DNA from: Candidatus Latescibacterota bacterium
Lineage (GTDB): Bacteria; Latescibacterota; UBA2968; UBA8231
Direction: 5' to 3'
Assembly: GCA_965217585.1 (NCBI GenBank)
Contig: OZ244561.1
Location: 6,624,001 to 6,688,000, forward strand
Length of the DNA stretch: 64,000 bases
Part shown: one piece after another, positions 18,430-27,925 of the stretch
Position numbering within the stretch: the first letter of the stretch is position 1
Layout: each line of letters starts with the position of its first letter
Notes under the pieces: model-generated
What the model was told of the DNA's origin: nothing
The model's database searches: none
What the model saw: the letters and a program-made list of their open reading frames with translations, nothing else
Program-made: the position numbers and the translations under genes

Positions 18430-19566
18430 ATGAATCCAACGACGAGAAATCTCACCCGCGAGGTGCAAATCGGCCGCACGACCATCGGCGGAGACTACCC
18501 TATTGCCGTGCAAAGTATGGCCGCTACCCGCACCCAAGACATAGAAGCCACAAGCCGCCAACTCCGGCTCTTAGCCGAGGCCGGGGCGGACGTCATCCGC
18601 GTTGCCGTAGATAGCAAAAAAGACGTGGAGGCCCTCGCCCAAATCGCGCCGACTGTTGACGTGCCTCTGTCCGTGGATTTGCAGGAAAACTACCGGCTGG
18701 CCAGCCGCGTCGCGCCGCATGTGCAGAAAATTCGCTACAACCCCGGCCACCTCTATCACCACGAGCGAGACAAGCCGGTCGCCGACAAGGTTGCCTTTAT
18801 TGCCGACGAGGCCGCTAAGCACGATTGCGCCCTGCGCGTGGGGGTCAACTGCGGCTCAGTCGATCCGGCCCAAGCCGAGCGCTTTCCGGCCGAGGACTCC
18901 ATCTCGCCCATGATCGCCTCGGCCCTGCAGCACTGTGCCCTGCTAGACGACTTGGGCTTTACTCGCTATTGCGTCTCGCTCAAGGACTCCGATCCCGCCA
19001 AGGTCATTGCCGCCAACACCCGCTTTGCCCAAGAGCGACCCGATGTGCCGCTGCACCTCGGCGTCACCGAGGCCGGGATGCCTCCCGAAGGCGTAATCAA
19101 GACCCGCATTGCCTTTGAACAGCTCATCAGCGCCGGCATCGGCGACACCATTCGCGTCTCGCTGACTTTGCCTTTTGACGACAAGGGCGAGGAGGTCAAA
19201 GTCGGGCGGCAGATTCTCGATGACATCTACTCGGGCCGCTTCCGCTCGGTCCCCAAGTTGCTCCCAGCCGGGCTGAACATCATCTCCTGCCCCTCCTGCT
19301 CGCGAGTGGAAAACGAAGCCTTCATCGACTTAGCCCACCAAGTGCGCGAGCTAACCGCGTACGCCCGCGACCACCAGATCACCATCGCCATCATGGGCTG
19401 CCGGGTCAACGGCCCGGGCGAGACCGACGACGCCGACTTGGGGCTTTGGTGCGCCCCCAACTTCGTCAACCTCAAGCGCAAAACCCAACTCATCGGCCAA
19501 TTCCCGTACGACGGGGTCCTCGACGTGCTCAAAGAGCAAGTCGACGAGCTGATTGCCGCCGACTAG
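18430..19566 (+). CDS. ispG: (E)-4-hydroxy-3-methylbut-2-enyl-diphosphate synthase
   Basis: [58 protein letters not shown]. Confidence 0.96.
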   Translation: MNPTTRNLTREVQIGRTTIGGDYPIAVQSMAATRTQDIEATSRQLRLLAEAGADVIRVAVDSKKDVEALAQIAPTVDVPLSVDLQENYRLASRVAPHVQKIRYNPGHLYHHERDKPVADKVAFIADEAAKHDCALRVGVNCGSVDPAQAERFPAEDSISPMIASALQHCALLDDLGFTRYCVSLKDSDPAKVIAANTRFAQERPDVPLHLGVTEAGMPPEGVIKTRIAFEQLISAGIGDTIRVSLTLPFDDKGEEVKVGRQILDDIYSGRFRSVPKLLPAGLNIISCPSCSRVENEAFIDLAHQVRELTAYARDHQITIAIMGCRVNGPGETDDADLGLWCAPNFVNLKRKTQLIGQFPYDGVLDVLKEQVDELIAAD

Positions 19567-19624
19567 GCCCTCTTGCCGCGCTCTTAGCGGAGCGGGTGCA
19601 TCGTAGGAAATATCAAAAATAGCT

Positions 19625-19831
19625 ATGCAATACAGTGTCGTCATCGAAAGGACCGGTAACGGCTACTCAGCTTATGCGCCCGATTTGCCGGGCTGCATCG
19701 CCGCCGGAGATTCGCAGGTCGAAGTGGAGGAATTGATCCGCGAAGCGATCATCATGCACTTGGAATCGCTACGGGAGCACGGCGACCCAGTACCTGAACC
19801 GCAAACTTCCGTCGCCCTAGTCGAGGTATAA
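19625..19831 (+). CDS. hicB: HicB-family antitoxin (orphan)
   Basis: YSVVIE...YSAYAPDLPGCIAAG...IREAI; no hicA ORF between ispG and this gene. Confidence 0.88.
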   Translation: MQYSVVIERTGNGYSAYAPDLPGCIAAGDSQVEVEELIREAIIMHLESLREHGDPVPEPQTSVALVEV

Positions 19832-19854
19832 GCGTACACAAATAAGCGAAAGGC

Positions 19855-20142
19855 GTGAAGGTGCCGGAAGCTGAGCGCGTAGAAGTTACCAACGATACCC
19901 TGATGGCGGATCTCTCCGACGGACGGACCATCTCTGTTCTGTTGGCTTGGTATCCCAGGCTAGTTCATGCGACGCCCCCAGAAAGACGCAACTGGCGGCT
20001 TATCGGTGTAGGTCAGGGTATCCACTGGCCCGACCTAGACGAGGATATCAGCGTGGAGGGCTTGCTAGCGGGTAGGCCCTCCGGGGAGAGCCAAGAGTCT
20101 TTGAAGCGGTGGTTAGAAGCGCGGCAGACAGGGTTGCGATGA
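19855..20142 (+). CDS. DUF2442-family protein (putative antitoxin); C-terminus possibly chimeric
   Basis: LSDGRTISVLLAWYPRL...GIHWPDLDEDISVEGLL. Confidence 0.85.
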   Translation: MKVPEAERVEVTNDTLMADLSDGRTISVLLAWYPRLVHATPPERRNWRLIGVGQGIHWPDLDEDISVEGLLAGRPSGESQESLKRWLEARQTGLR

Positions 20143-20357
20143 GAGCGTTGACTATGGAATACGCCGTCGTCATCGAAAAGGGACCGACTAGCTACGGTGC
20201 TCATGTACCGGATTTTCCCGGGTGCGTGGCCGCTGCGGAGACCAAAGAGGAAGTATGCTCGCTCATCCGCGAAGCCATCGAACTCTACGTCGAGACGCTT
20301 GAGGAAGATGGCCTCCCCGTCCCTACGCCACAGCCGTACGAACTGATCGAGGTATAA
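20139..20357 (+). CDS. hicB: HicB-family antitoxin (second copy)
   Basis: YAVVIEKGPTSYGAHVPDFPGCVAAA...IREAIE; ATGA overlap with the upstream stop (alternative ATG at 20154). Confidence 0.85.
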   Translation: MRALTMEYAVVIEKGPTSYGAHVPDFPGCVAAAETKEEVCSLIREAIELYVETLEEDGLPVPTPQPYELIEV

Positions 20358-20411
20358 CAGAAGTATGCTAACCTCTCGGTCTCCTCATCTTCATTGAAAG
20401 ACTGAAATAAC

Positions 20412-21326
20412 ATGCTTTACTACCATGTACGTATTAGGCTTAAATCCGATCGACTTAACCCTATCGTTAAGTTAGACCTCTCCAAGGAAGACCTAGAATC
20501 ACGCATCCTGATCCCGTATCGCAAAGGATCGCCGCTTGCTATTCGGGGACAAATAGTATCTCTGGACGACATCAAACTCATTTTTATAAACAGTACCGAA
20601 CAAAGCGCCGAACTTTTTCGTCCGATTGTAGTGGCAGAACTGTCTCAGAAAGGTTCCTCCACTCGTTCATCATCAGTAGATTTGTCTATCGCCGCCTCGG
20701 GTAAGGATGTCACAAATGACTTCATCACTGGCCCTCCTGGCGGAGAACGAGATGCCGATTCGCCCGATGAACAACAACGCCGACCGGCAGCGGATGCAAG
20801 GGACGTTTTTGTCGTCCACGGACGAAACGAGAAGGCCCGTGTGGCACTCTTCGATTTCTTACGGTCAATCAGCCTACATCCCGTGGAATGGTCCGAGGCC
20901 GTTCTGTCTACGGGCAAGGCGTCACCTTATATCGGGGACATCCTCAATGCGGCTTTTTCACGAGCACACGCCGTCGTCGTTCTGCTAACGCCTGACGACG
21001 AGGCACGACTCAGAGAGCCGTGGCGAGGTAAAAACGAGCCTCCTCACGAGGTTGAACTATCAGGACAAGCTAGGCCAAACGTGCTTTTTGAAGCTGGTAT
21101 GGCAATGGGTCGAGACGAAGACCGGACCGTGCTTGTCGAGATTGGCGACATACGACCGTTTAGCGACATTGCGGGACGTCACACAGTACGGCTTAATAAC
21201 ACCTCTAAGCAACGTCAAGAGCTTGCAAACCGCCTGAAAGCTGCTGGCTGTCCGGTGAATCTGAACGGAACTGACTGGCACTCCACCGGTGATTTTGACG
21301 CCGTTCTCAAGTTGGATGAGACGTAG
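20412..21326 (+). CDS. TIR-like (CAP12/Pycsar-effector type) domain protein with an unrecognised N-terminal domain
   Basis: VFVVHGRN, AVVVLLTPDD, ARPNVLFEAGMAMG, FSDIAGRH; visibly less GC-rich than the flanks. Confidence 0.85.
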   Translation: MLYYHVRIRLKSDRLNPIVKLDLSKEDLESRILIPYRKGSPLAIRGQIVSLDDIKLIFINSTEQSAELFRPIVVAELSQKGSSTRSSSVDLSIAASGKDVTNDFITGPPGGERDADSPDEQQRRPAADARDVFVVHGRNEKARVALFDFLRSISLHPVEWSEAVLSTGKASPYIGDILNAAFSRAHAVVVLLTPDDEARLREPWRGKNEPPHEVELSGQARPNVLFEAGMAMGRDEDRTVLVEIGDIRPFSDIAGRHTVRLNNTSKQRQELANRLKAAGCPVNLNGTDWHSTGDFDAVLKLDET

Positions 21327-21369
21327 ATGAGATTGACACCGCGATGCGGGAATTGCATAGGAGGGCGCA

Positions 21370-22206
21370 ATGACCACGACTCAACTGAACATCACATTTG
21401 AGGGGCCACAGGTTAGCGCGGAGGGTGTGGCGGTGGACGACTTGCAGCCGGTGCTGGAGCGGATCCAGCGTGCGGTGCGGCTCATGGTGGAGCACCTAGC
21501 GCGCGCCGATGGGACGCCGGAGTTGGCGCGAAAGCACAGCGAACTGCGTCCGGTGCGGATTTCGCCGGGAGCGGCAAACGTCCAACTCAAGCTGGCTCAC
21601 GCGCCCAACGGACAGCATTCCCATGAGGAATACGGTCCCCGTGCGCTGCGGGCCATTCTGGATTGGCCGAACAACGCCAGTCCGGCACTGCCGGAGGATG
21701 TCTCCAACCAGCTAAGCAGCATCGGTGAGGGGCTATCGCCTGAGATCAGCGTGGTCTGGCTCGGAGATCCGAGCAGTGGCCGACGTCTGGAGTTCCGACG
21801 TGCTGGACTAGATCAACCTCAGCAGGTCCCGGACGCTAAGGCACTCTTGTACGGCTGGCTGAAGGAAGTGAACTGGGCACAGGGCACAGCGCAACTCCAC
21901 GAGCATGAAGACAAATACGTACAGTTGCGGTTCGATGCCGCACTCAACTATGAGATGCGCCGCCTAGCGACCCAGTATGTCGAGGTCAGAGGTCGCGGTC
22001 AGTTCAACAAGGACGATAGCTGGCACACCGTTCAGGTGGAGCAGATCAGCGAAACGCGCTCGTGGCGCGAACCCTTCGACTTGGAACTCTTTCACAACAA
22101 CCCCAACCCGAAGATATTCGACCCCGACAAGATGGTCACCATCGACCTGACGGATGAAGAGTGGGAGTCCTACAACCGCGCCATCCGTGAAGGCCGGAAT
22201 GCCTGA
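21370..22206 (+). CDS. Hypothetical protein, probable partner/antitoxin of the downstream PIN gene
   Basis: AGGAGG RBS; acidic tail IDLTDEEWESYNRAIREGR; TGATG overlap with the PIN start. Confidence 0.7.
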   Translation: MTTTQLNITFEGPQVSAEGVAVDDLQPVLERIQRAVRLMVEHLARADGTPELARKHSELRPVRISPGAANVQLKLAHAPNGQHSHEEYGPRALRAILDWPNNASPALPEDVSNQLSSIGEGLSPEISVVWLGDPSSGRRLEFRRAGLDQPQQVPDAKALLYGWLKEVNWAQGTAQLHEHEDKYVQLRFDAALNYEMRRLATQYVEVRGRGQFNKDDSWHTVQVEQISETRSWREPFDLELFHNNPNPKIFDPDKMVTIDLTDEEWESYNRAIREGRNA

Positions 22207-22514
22207 TGGTTAGTTATCCCTCATCCATAGTCCTAGATACTTGCGTCGTATCGTTACTATTCAAGGGAGACGAACCCGTTGCCTATTATCGGGAGCGGAT
22301 TATCGGGCAGCGGCTTCTGATTTCGTTCCAGACGTTGGAGGAATCGTGATCTCCGCAAATCTCCGCAGCGAACGAGAGAAATCAGGACGCAGGCTGAATA
22401 CGGCAGACGCTTGGATCGCTGCAACAGCCATCATGCTGCGATGTCCACTAGCGTCTAACGACGGAGATTTCGGAGACATGTCCAAATCTGCAACTAATTA
22501 GAGCACCGTCCTGA
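22206..22514 (+). pseudogene. vapC: PIN/VapC toxin with an internal deletion and a second frameshift
   Basis: MVSYPSSIVLDTCVVSLLFK...ISFQTLEES* (stop 22347); second frame SGRRLNTADAWIAATAIMLRCPLASNDGDF; third frame PNLQLIRAPS*. Confidence 0.85.
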
Positions 22515-22596
22515 TAACCTCCTACTAAGCTCAACGAACCCGGGTGGACGTTTCCTTTTTAGCACACAATTTCATCCCTAAACTACTAGGTATCCC

Positions 22597-23340
22597 ATGC
22601 AAAACCCTATCAAAGAACAACTTGCTGCTGGGCACCCTTCCATCGGCTCCTGGCTCAACCTAACCTCTCCGCTGGCCGCCGAAGTCATGGCTGCGGCCGG
22701 CTTCAAATGGCTAGTAGTCGATGCCGAGCACTCGGCCTTTGACCTCGGCCACATCGCCCACACCTTCCGCGCCATCGAGGCGCGAGGTGCCCTGCCCCTG
22801 GCCCGCGCCTGGGACCACGACCCGACCACGGCCGCCCGCCTGCTCGACGCCGGGGCCTGGGGCTTGGTCTTTCCCCACGTCAGCACCCCAGAGCAAGCCG
22901 AAAAGCTGGCCCAAGCCGTGCGCTATCCCCCACGCGGCAACCGGTCGGTGGGCACGGGCCGCTGCGTCACATTGGCCCCGGACTATCGCCAGCGCTTTGA
23001 CGACGCCGTCCTCTGCATCCCGCAGATCGAGGATATGGAAGGTATTAACAATGCCGAGGCCATCGCCCGCGTCGAAGGCATCGATATCGGCTTCCTCGGG
23101 CCGGGCGACTTAGCCATGTCCATGGGCGTCGCCGCCGGCCACCCCGACCACGAGGCCGCCTTGCAGACTTTTCGCGTCGGCTGCGCCCAAGCCGGCAAAC
23201 CCAGCGGTATCCCGGTCAAGGACCCCGCCGAAGTCAAACGGCGCATCGCCGAGGGCTTCCAGTTCATCGACTTCAGCAACGATATGCGGTTTTTGGAAGC
23301 CACGGTGCAAGCTGCCTACCGCGAAGCAACGGCTGGATGA
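22597..23340 (+). CDS. HpcH/HpaI-family aldolase
   Basis: WLVVDAEHS, RYPPRGNRSVG, IPQIED, FLGPGDLAMSMG. Confidence 0.92.
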   Translation: MQNPIKEQLAAGHPSIGSWLNLTSPLAAEVMAAAGFKWLVVDAEHSAFDLGHIAHTFRAIEARGALPLARAWDHDPTTAARLLDAGAWGLVFPHVSTPEQAEKLAQAVRYPPRGNRSVGTGRCVTLAPDYRQRFDDAVLCIPQIEDMEGINNAEAIARVEGIDIGFLGPGDLAMSMGVAAGHPDHEAALQTFRVGCAQAGKPSGIPVKDPAEVKRRIAEGFQFIDFSNDMRFLEATVQAAYREATAG

Positions 23341-24197
23341 ACATCCTCAACTTCGGCTCGCTCAACATCGACCTCGTTTATCAAGTCGAGCACATCGCCC
23401 GTCCGGGCGAGACCATCGCCAGCTCGACGCACCAAGTCTTTGCCGGTGGCAAGGGTGCCAATCAATCAGCGGCTCTTGCCCGCGCTGGCGCGCGCGTCTT
23501 TCACGCCGGCCAAGTGGGGCCAGAAGGTCAATGGCTAGTCGATAAACTGGCTGGACTGGGCGTGGATGTGCAGCACATCCGCGTCGGCGACGTACCTACT
23601 GGCCACGCCATTATCCAAGTTGACCGCCAAGGCCAAAACAGTATCGTCCTCTTTGCCGGGGCCAATGCCCAAATAGACAAACGGGCCATAGACACCGCAC
23701 TATCCCATTTTGACCGAGGAGATATCCTCCTCTTGCAGAATGAGATAAACGACATTGCTTACATCATCACCTCGGCCGCCGAGCGGGGCCTGACGACATG
23801 CTTAAACCCCGCGCCCTTTGGCCCAGAGGTCCGCACATATCCCCTCGAATTGGTCAATTTGCTCATCGTCAATGAAACCGAGGCCACCGGCCTTGCCGGC
23901 ACATCCGAGCTCGCTGCGCTAGCCGAGCTCTGCCCCCACGCCCAGATCGCGCTCACGCTAGGGGCCGCTGGTGCCCAGTACCGCTCCTCAACTGAGGAAT
24001 TCCACCTCTCAGCACCGCATGTCGAAGCGGTAGATACTACGGGTGCGGGAGACACCTTCATCGGCTATTTTCTCCAGGGCCTGACCGCCGACATGACCGC
24101 GCGAGAGGCCATGACCCGTGCGGTGCAGGCCGCAGCTTTATGCGTTACCCGCCCGGGAGCGATGGATTCAATTCCAGCCGCAGACGAAGTAGATTAA
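23337..24197 (+). CDS. Ribokinase/PfkB-family sugar kinase
   Basis: FGSLNIDLV, GGKGANQ, VNETEA, VDTTGAGDTF. Confidence 0.9.
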   Translation: MNILNFGSLNIDLVYQVEHIARPGETIASSTHQVFAGGKGANQSAALARAGARVFHAGQVGPEGQWLVDKLAGLGVDVQHIRVGDVPTGHAIIQVDRQGQNSIVLFAGANAQIDKRAIDTALSHFDRGDILLLQNEINDIAYIITSAAERGLTTCLNPAPFGPEVRTYPLELVNLLIVNETEATGLAGTSELAALAELCPHAQIALTLGAAGAQYRSSTEEFHLSAPHVEAVDTTGAGDTFIGYFLQGLTADMTAREAMTRAVQAAALCVTRPGAMDSIPAADEVD

Positions 24198-24222
24198 ACC
24201 ATTGCAGTAGAAAGGAATACGT

Positions 24223-25206
24223 ATGCCGAATATCATGCTCACTGCCCAATTCGCCAACGCCGAATTCGCCTCCAGCGAGCGCGAACAGGGCCTCGAACAC
24301 CTTCGCTCCCTGGGCACCCTCATCCCGGAGCCGGCCGTCCTCACCGCCGAACACGCTCCCGATCTGATCGCCTCCATCGCCAGTTCATCGGTCTATACGG
24401 ACGAATTTTACGCGGCGGCCGAGGATTTGCGCATCGTCGCCCGTTGGGGCGTGGGTTTTGACAAGGTCAATATCCCAGGGGCCACGCGCCACGGCGTGAT
24501 CATCACCGTGACGCCAGTCCACATGGACGCCGTCGCCGAATACGCCATCGCCCAGTGGATGGCTACCCTCAAGCGGGTCTATACCCTCAATCACCTCTCC
24601 CATCGGGGCGATTTCTCCATCATCCGCACCTATGAGGCCCAATATACCACCCTCGGCCTGTACGGCTGCGGTCGCATCGGCCAAGAGGTAGCCAAGCGCG
24701 CCGTGCCGCTTCTAGGCACTGGCGGTCGCTTGCTCATCTATGACACCCGCCCCGACATCGCCGACATCGCCGCCCAATACGGAGCTGAAGTCGCCGACTC
24801 GCCTCAAGCACTGTTCAGCGAGTGCGACACCGTCTCGCTCCACGTCTCGGGTGACGACACCATCGTCCACTACGACCTGCTCAGCCTGATGCAGCCCCAC
24901 GCCTCGCTGATCAATCCCTCACGGGGCAATCTCGTCAACGACGAGGACGTCCACCGCGCCATTGAAGAGGAAAAGCTCTACTACTACGTCGTTGACGATC
25001 CAGTCAACGACACCCGTGCCATTCACAAGGATCACCCGCGCATTATCTGCACCAACCACAACGCCGGCATTACGGTCGAATCCACCATGCGCCTCGACGC
25101 CAAGGGCATCGAGCAAGTCGAAGCGGCCATCACCGGCCGCCAGCCCGAACACATCCTCAATTCTGAGGTCCTCGACCACCCACGGGTCAAGGCGTGGCTG
25201 CGATGA
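24223..25206 (+). CDS. D-isomer-specific 2-hydroxyacid dehydrogenase family (divergent)
   Basis: RWGVGFDKV, GLYGCGRIG, INPSRG, TNHNAG. Confidence 0.85.
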   Translation: MPNIMLTAQFANAEFASSEREQGLEHLRSLGTLIPEPAVLTAEHAPDLIASIASSSVYTDEFYAAAEDLRIVARWGVGFDKVNIPGATRHGVIITVTPVHMDAVAEYAIAQWMATLKRVYTLNHLSHRGDFSIIRTYEAQYTTLGLYGCGRIGQEVAKRAVPLLGTGGRLLIYDTRPDIADIAAQYGAEVADSPQALFSECDTVSLHVSGDDTIVHYDLLSLMQPHASLINPSRGNLVNDEDVHRAIEEEKLYYYVVDDPVNDTRAIHKDHPRIICTNHNAGITVESTMRLDAKGIEQVEAAITGRQPEHILNSEVLDHPRVKAWLR

Positions 25207-26333
25207 AAATAACCCGCTTCGACGTTACGCCGCTCACCAATCGCGGCCTCTTGCTCCAAGTCGAAACCGACGCCGGCCTCACAGGTATAGGCGCGCCCAT
25301 GAACTACGAACACGGCCGCACCGTGGAGCGGGCCATCCTCGACATGGGTGATTACCTGATTGGCCGCGATCCCCTGCAAATCGAAGACCACTGGCAGACC
25401 CTCTACCGCTCCAGCTATTCCCGCCAGATGCCGATCCTGTTGGCGGCCCTCAGCGGCATAGAAATGGCCTGCCTAGACCTGTTGGGTAAAACCGCTAACT
25501 TACCCGTGTGGAAGCTATTAGGTGGATCAGTGCGAGAGAGAATCCGGGTCTATGGATCAGCCGGGGGGCCCACTCCCGAGCAAGCCGCCCAAGCCGCCCG
25601 CCAGCGCGTCGCAGAAGGCTTTACAGCGCTCAAAACCACCCCCTTCCCCGACCCTGTGCGCCCCATCGAGACCCCAGCGGGGGTCGAGCGGGTAGTGTCC
25701 CTGATTGCGGCCATGCGCGAAGCTGTCGGCCCAGCCATCGACATCGCCATCGACTTCCACCGCGCCACCAGCCCGGCGTTGGCCAAGGTACTCCTGCGCG
25801 AACTCGAGCCCCTAAGGCCGCTCTTCGTCGAGGAGCCGACCCGTTCCACCGACAATATCGGCCCCCTGCTGGAACTGACGCGCTCGACCTCCATTCCCAT
25901 CGCCACCGGCGAACGCTGTGCCACTCGCTGGGGCTTCCGCGAATTGTGCGAGCGCAAGGCCGCGGCCATCATCCAGCCCGATATCCGCCACTGCGGCGGC
26001 CTGCTCGAAATGAAGAAGATTGCCGCCTTAGCCGAAGTCCACGAGATCGTCGTCGCACCCCACAACGCCGCCGATCCCCTCGGCATCGTCGCCTCCGTAC
26101 ACGCGATGGCTGGCACCCCCAACTTCCTCATCATGGAATACGGCGGCGGTGGCGGCGAAGGGTTCTTCACTGCCCCTTTGAAAATGAAGAATGGATTTGT
26201 GGAATTGCCCCGAGGGCCGGGGCTAGGCGTGGAGATCGACCCAGAGGGCTTAGAGGCAGCTACCCACCAAGGCCCTTGGCGGCAGCGGACGATGCGCCGC
26301 CACCCAGAGGACGGCTCTTTCGCGGATTTTTAG
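25203..26333 (+). CDS. Mandelate racemase/enolase superfamily, galactonate dehydratase-like
   Basis: LSGIEMACLDL, DIAIDFH, FVEEP, IATGER, IQPD, VAPHN; ATGA overlap with the upstream stop. Confidence 0.85.
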   Translation: MKITRFDVTPLTNRGLLLQVETDAGLTGIGAPMNYEHGRTVERAILDMGDYLIGRDPLQIEDHWQTLYRSSYSRQMPILLAALSGIEMACLDLLGKTANLPVWKLLGGSVRERIRVYGSAGGPTPEQAAQAARQRVAEGFTALKTTPFPDPVRPIETPAGVERVVSLIAAMREAVGPAIDIAIDFHRATSPALAKVLLRELEPLRPLFVEEPTRSTDNIGPLLELTRSTSIPIATGERCATRWGFRELCERKAAAIIQPDIRHCGGLLEMKKIAALAEVHEIVVAPHNAADPLGIVASVHAMAGTPNFLIMEYGGGGGEGFFTAPLKMKNGFVELPRGPGLGVEIDPEGLEAATHQGPWRQRTMRRHPEDGSFADF

Positions 26334-26418
26334 AATTGGAGAATGGATAACGGACGCCGAAAAAACCACAGATGCCGTGGCTATCCTTTACAGGCACTAT
26401 ATTGGGGGCAAGCCGGAA

Positions 26419-26715
26419 TCAGTAATGGTAGCCTTTTTCGCCAAGACCGAGTTCTTTGCGGAGCTCTTCTACGGAAGAAGGCGACAGCACCCGGCTCTGT
26501 GCACGGTTGACAGCCGCGAGAAGGCGTTGGGCGTTTTTGGGCGATCTGAGGAGATGAGCCGTCTCGAGGAGGCTAGCTAATTCGTCCGCTGAAACCAGCG
26601 CGACGTCTTCGGCATTGCGCCGCCGTATAATCACCGGCTCTCGCGTGGAGGTGACTTCGTCGCATAGCGATGCGAATTCGGCTCTGGCTTGGGTATAAGT
26701 TGTAACGGTAGTCAT
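26419..26715 (-). CDS. yefM: Phd/YefM antitoxin, apparently fused to the last codons of a deleted YoeB toxin
   Basis: TYTQARA...EPVIIRRR...SLLETAHLLRSPKNAQRL; ends GLGEKG-YHY*; no toxin ORF downstream. Confidence 0.88.
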   Translation of the reverse strand: MTTVTTYTQARAEFASLCDEVTSTREPVIIRRRNAEDVALVSADELASLLETAHLLRSPKNAQRLLAAVNRAQSRVLSPSSVEELRKELGLGEKGYHY

Positions 26716-26730
26716 TTGATTTTCCCTATG

Positions 26731-26772
26731 ATATGTACAGCTTTAACGTACATATTGTGAACATTTTGTCAA
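26731..26772 (-). promoter_or_regulatory. yefM promoter and operator
   Basis: TTGACA (26772-26767), 16 bp spacer, TACGTT (26750-26745), overlapped by the inverted repeat ATATGTAC-N9-GTACATAT (26731-26755); TGTACA cores are the known E. coli YefM operator motif. Confidence 0.7.
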
Positions 26773-26830
26773 AGCATCTCATGTACTTAGAATATTTTGT
26801 TCAGGCGCACCAGACGGAAATCGGCCGCCG

Positions 26831-27925
26831 CTAAAGCGGCATGTATTCCAGCTCAAAGACCCGCTCGACAAACCAGCCCAATCCGAAAAGCCCAATCACA
26901 GCCGACACCACCAAGACGACCGGGCGCTGATAGGGCCGCCGGCTGAGCCAAGCGACGAACGGAAAGACGAGCGCGACAATGGCTACTTGGCCGATTTCCA
27001 CGCCGGCGTTGAAGGCAAACAGCGAGGCGACCAATCCGCGTGTCGGCAACCCCAACTCGCGCAGCACATTGGCGAAGCCAAACCCGTGCACCAGCCCAAA
27101 GGCGAAGGTGATCATCCAGCGGTAATCTGTGCGCTTGAGCCAGAAATTCTCCACCGCGACATAAACAATGCTCAAGGCGATACCCGCCTCGATCCACTGG
27201 CTTGGCAGGCGGACGACTTCGAGTGCTGCCAAGCAGAGGGTGATGCTGTGGGCAACGGTGAAGGCCGTGACGACTTTGACCAAACTGAGCAGCCGACCGC
27301 CCACCACGATCAGCGCTAGCAGAAACATGACGTGATCGTAGCCGAGGAAAATGTGCTCCACCCCGAGCACTGTGAACTCGTATAGATGGTCCCACAGCGA
27401 CTTCTCTCCGGCAAAGGTCTGCTGCGGCGCTGAGGCCGAAAACACGGCTTGGACGAGCGGCTGCCCGGGCAACATGATTTTGGCCAAGTTTTTGTGCGCG
27501 TCCCCAAAGCGCTCCGGCCAACCGATCCAGACCTCTAGCTCGCTGACCGGATCCTTCAACTCGGCACTGAAGTACAAGTCGGCAAACATATTGCCCTTGT
27601 TATCCGGGGTGATGTCCCCCCTGTCGCGCACGAGGGTGAGCGGCTGACCGTTAGCCCGCAGGCGCATCTGCCCTTCGACAAAGGCGAATATGTCGTCGAG
27701 GCCGGCCGCCATTTCTTCGTAGAACAGCAGGCTGTCCCCGTCTTGATCGATGCCGATCTTCAGGAGGTCGAAATCGTCCATGCGCACGCGCACTTTGAGC
27801 GCGGCGTCCTCGGCGATCAAATTCGTGTAGCTGGTGTTGAGCTTGTGGGCACGGACTATGCTGGGGAAGGCAAAAAACAGCAGAACGAGTGCGAATGTGA
27901 GTGTCGAACTAAGGCGTGTCTTCAT
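26831..27925 (-). CDS. HupE/UreJ-family membrane protein with an N-terminal periplasmic domain
   Basis: Signal peptide ending VRA-H; LGVEHIFLGYDH, TAFTVAHSITL, FGLVHGFGFA, FNAGVEIGQ. Confidence 0.88.
   Translation of the reverse strand: MKTRLSSTLTFALVLLFFAFPSIVRAHKLNTSYTNLIAEDAALKVRVRMDDFDLLKIGIDQDGDSLLFYEEMAAGLDDIFAFVEGQMRLRANGQPLTLVRDRGDITPDNKGNMFADLYFSAELKDPVSELEVWIGWPERFGDAHKNLAKIMLPGQPLVQAVFSASAPQQTFAGEKSLWDHLYEFTVLGVEHIFLGYDHVMFLLALIVVGGRLLSLVKVVTAFTVAHSITLCLAALEVVRLPSQWIEAGIALSIVYVAVENFWLKRTDYRWMITFAFGLVHGFGFANVLRELGLPTRGLVASLFAFNAGVEIGQVAIVALVFPFVAWLSRRPYQRPVVLVVSAVIGLFGLGWFVERVFELEYMPL

Noticed and set aside
19567-22514. Integron cassette array
   Set aside because: No integrase and no attC-like inverted repeats seen between the genes
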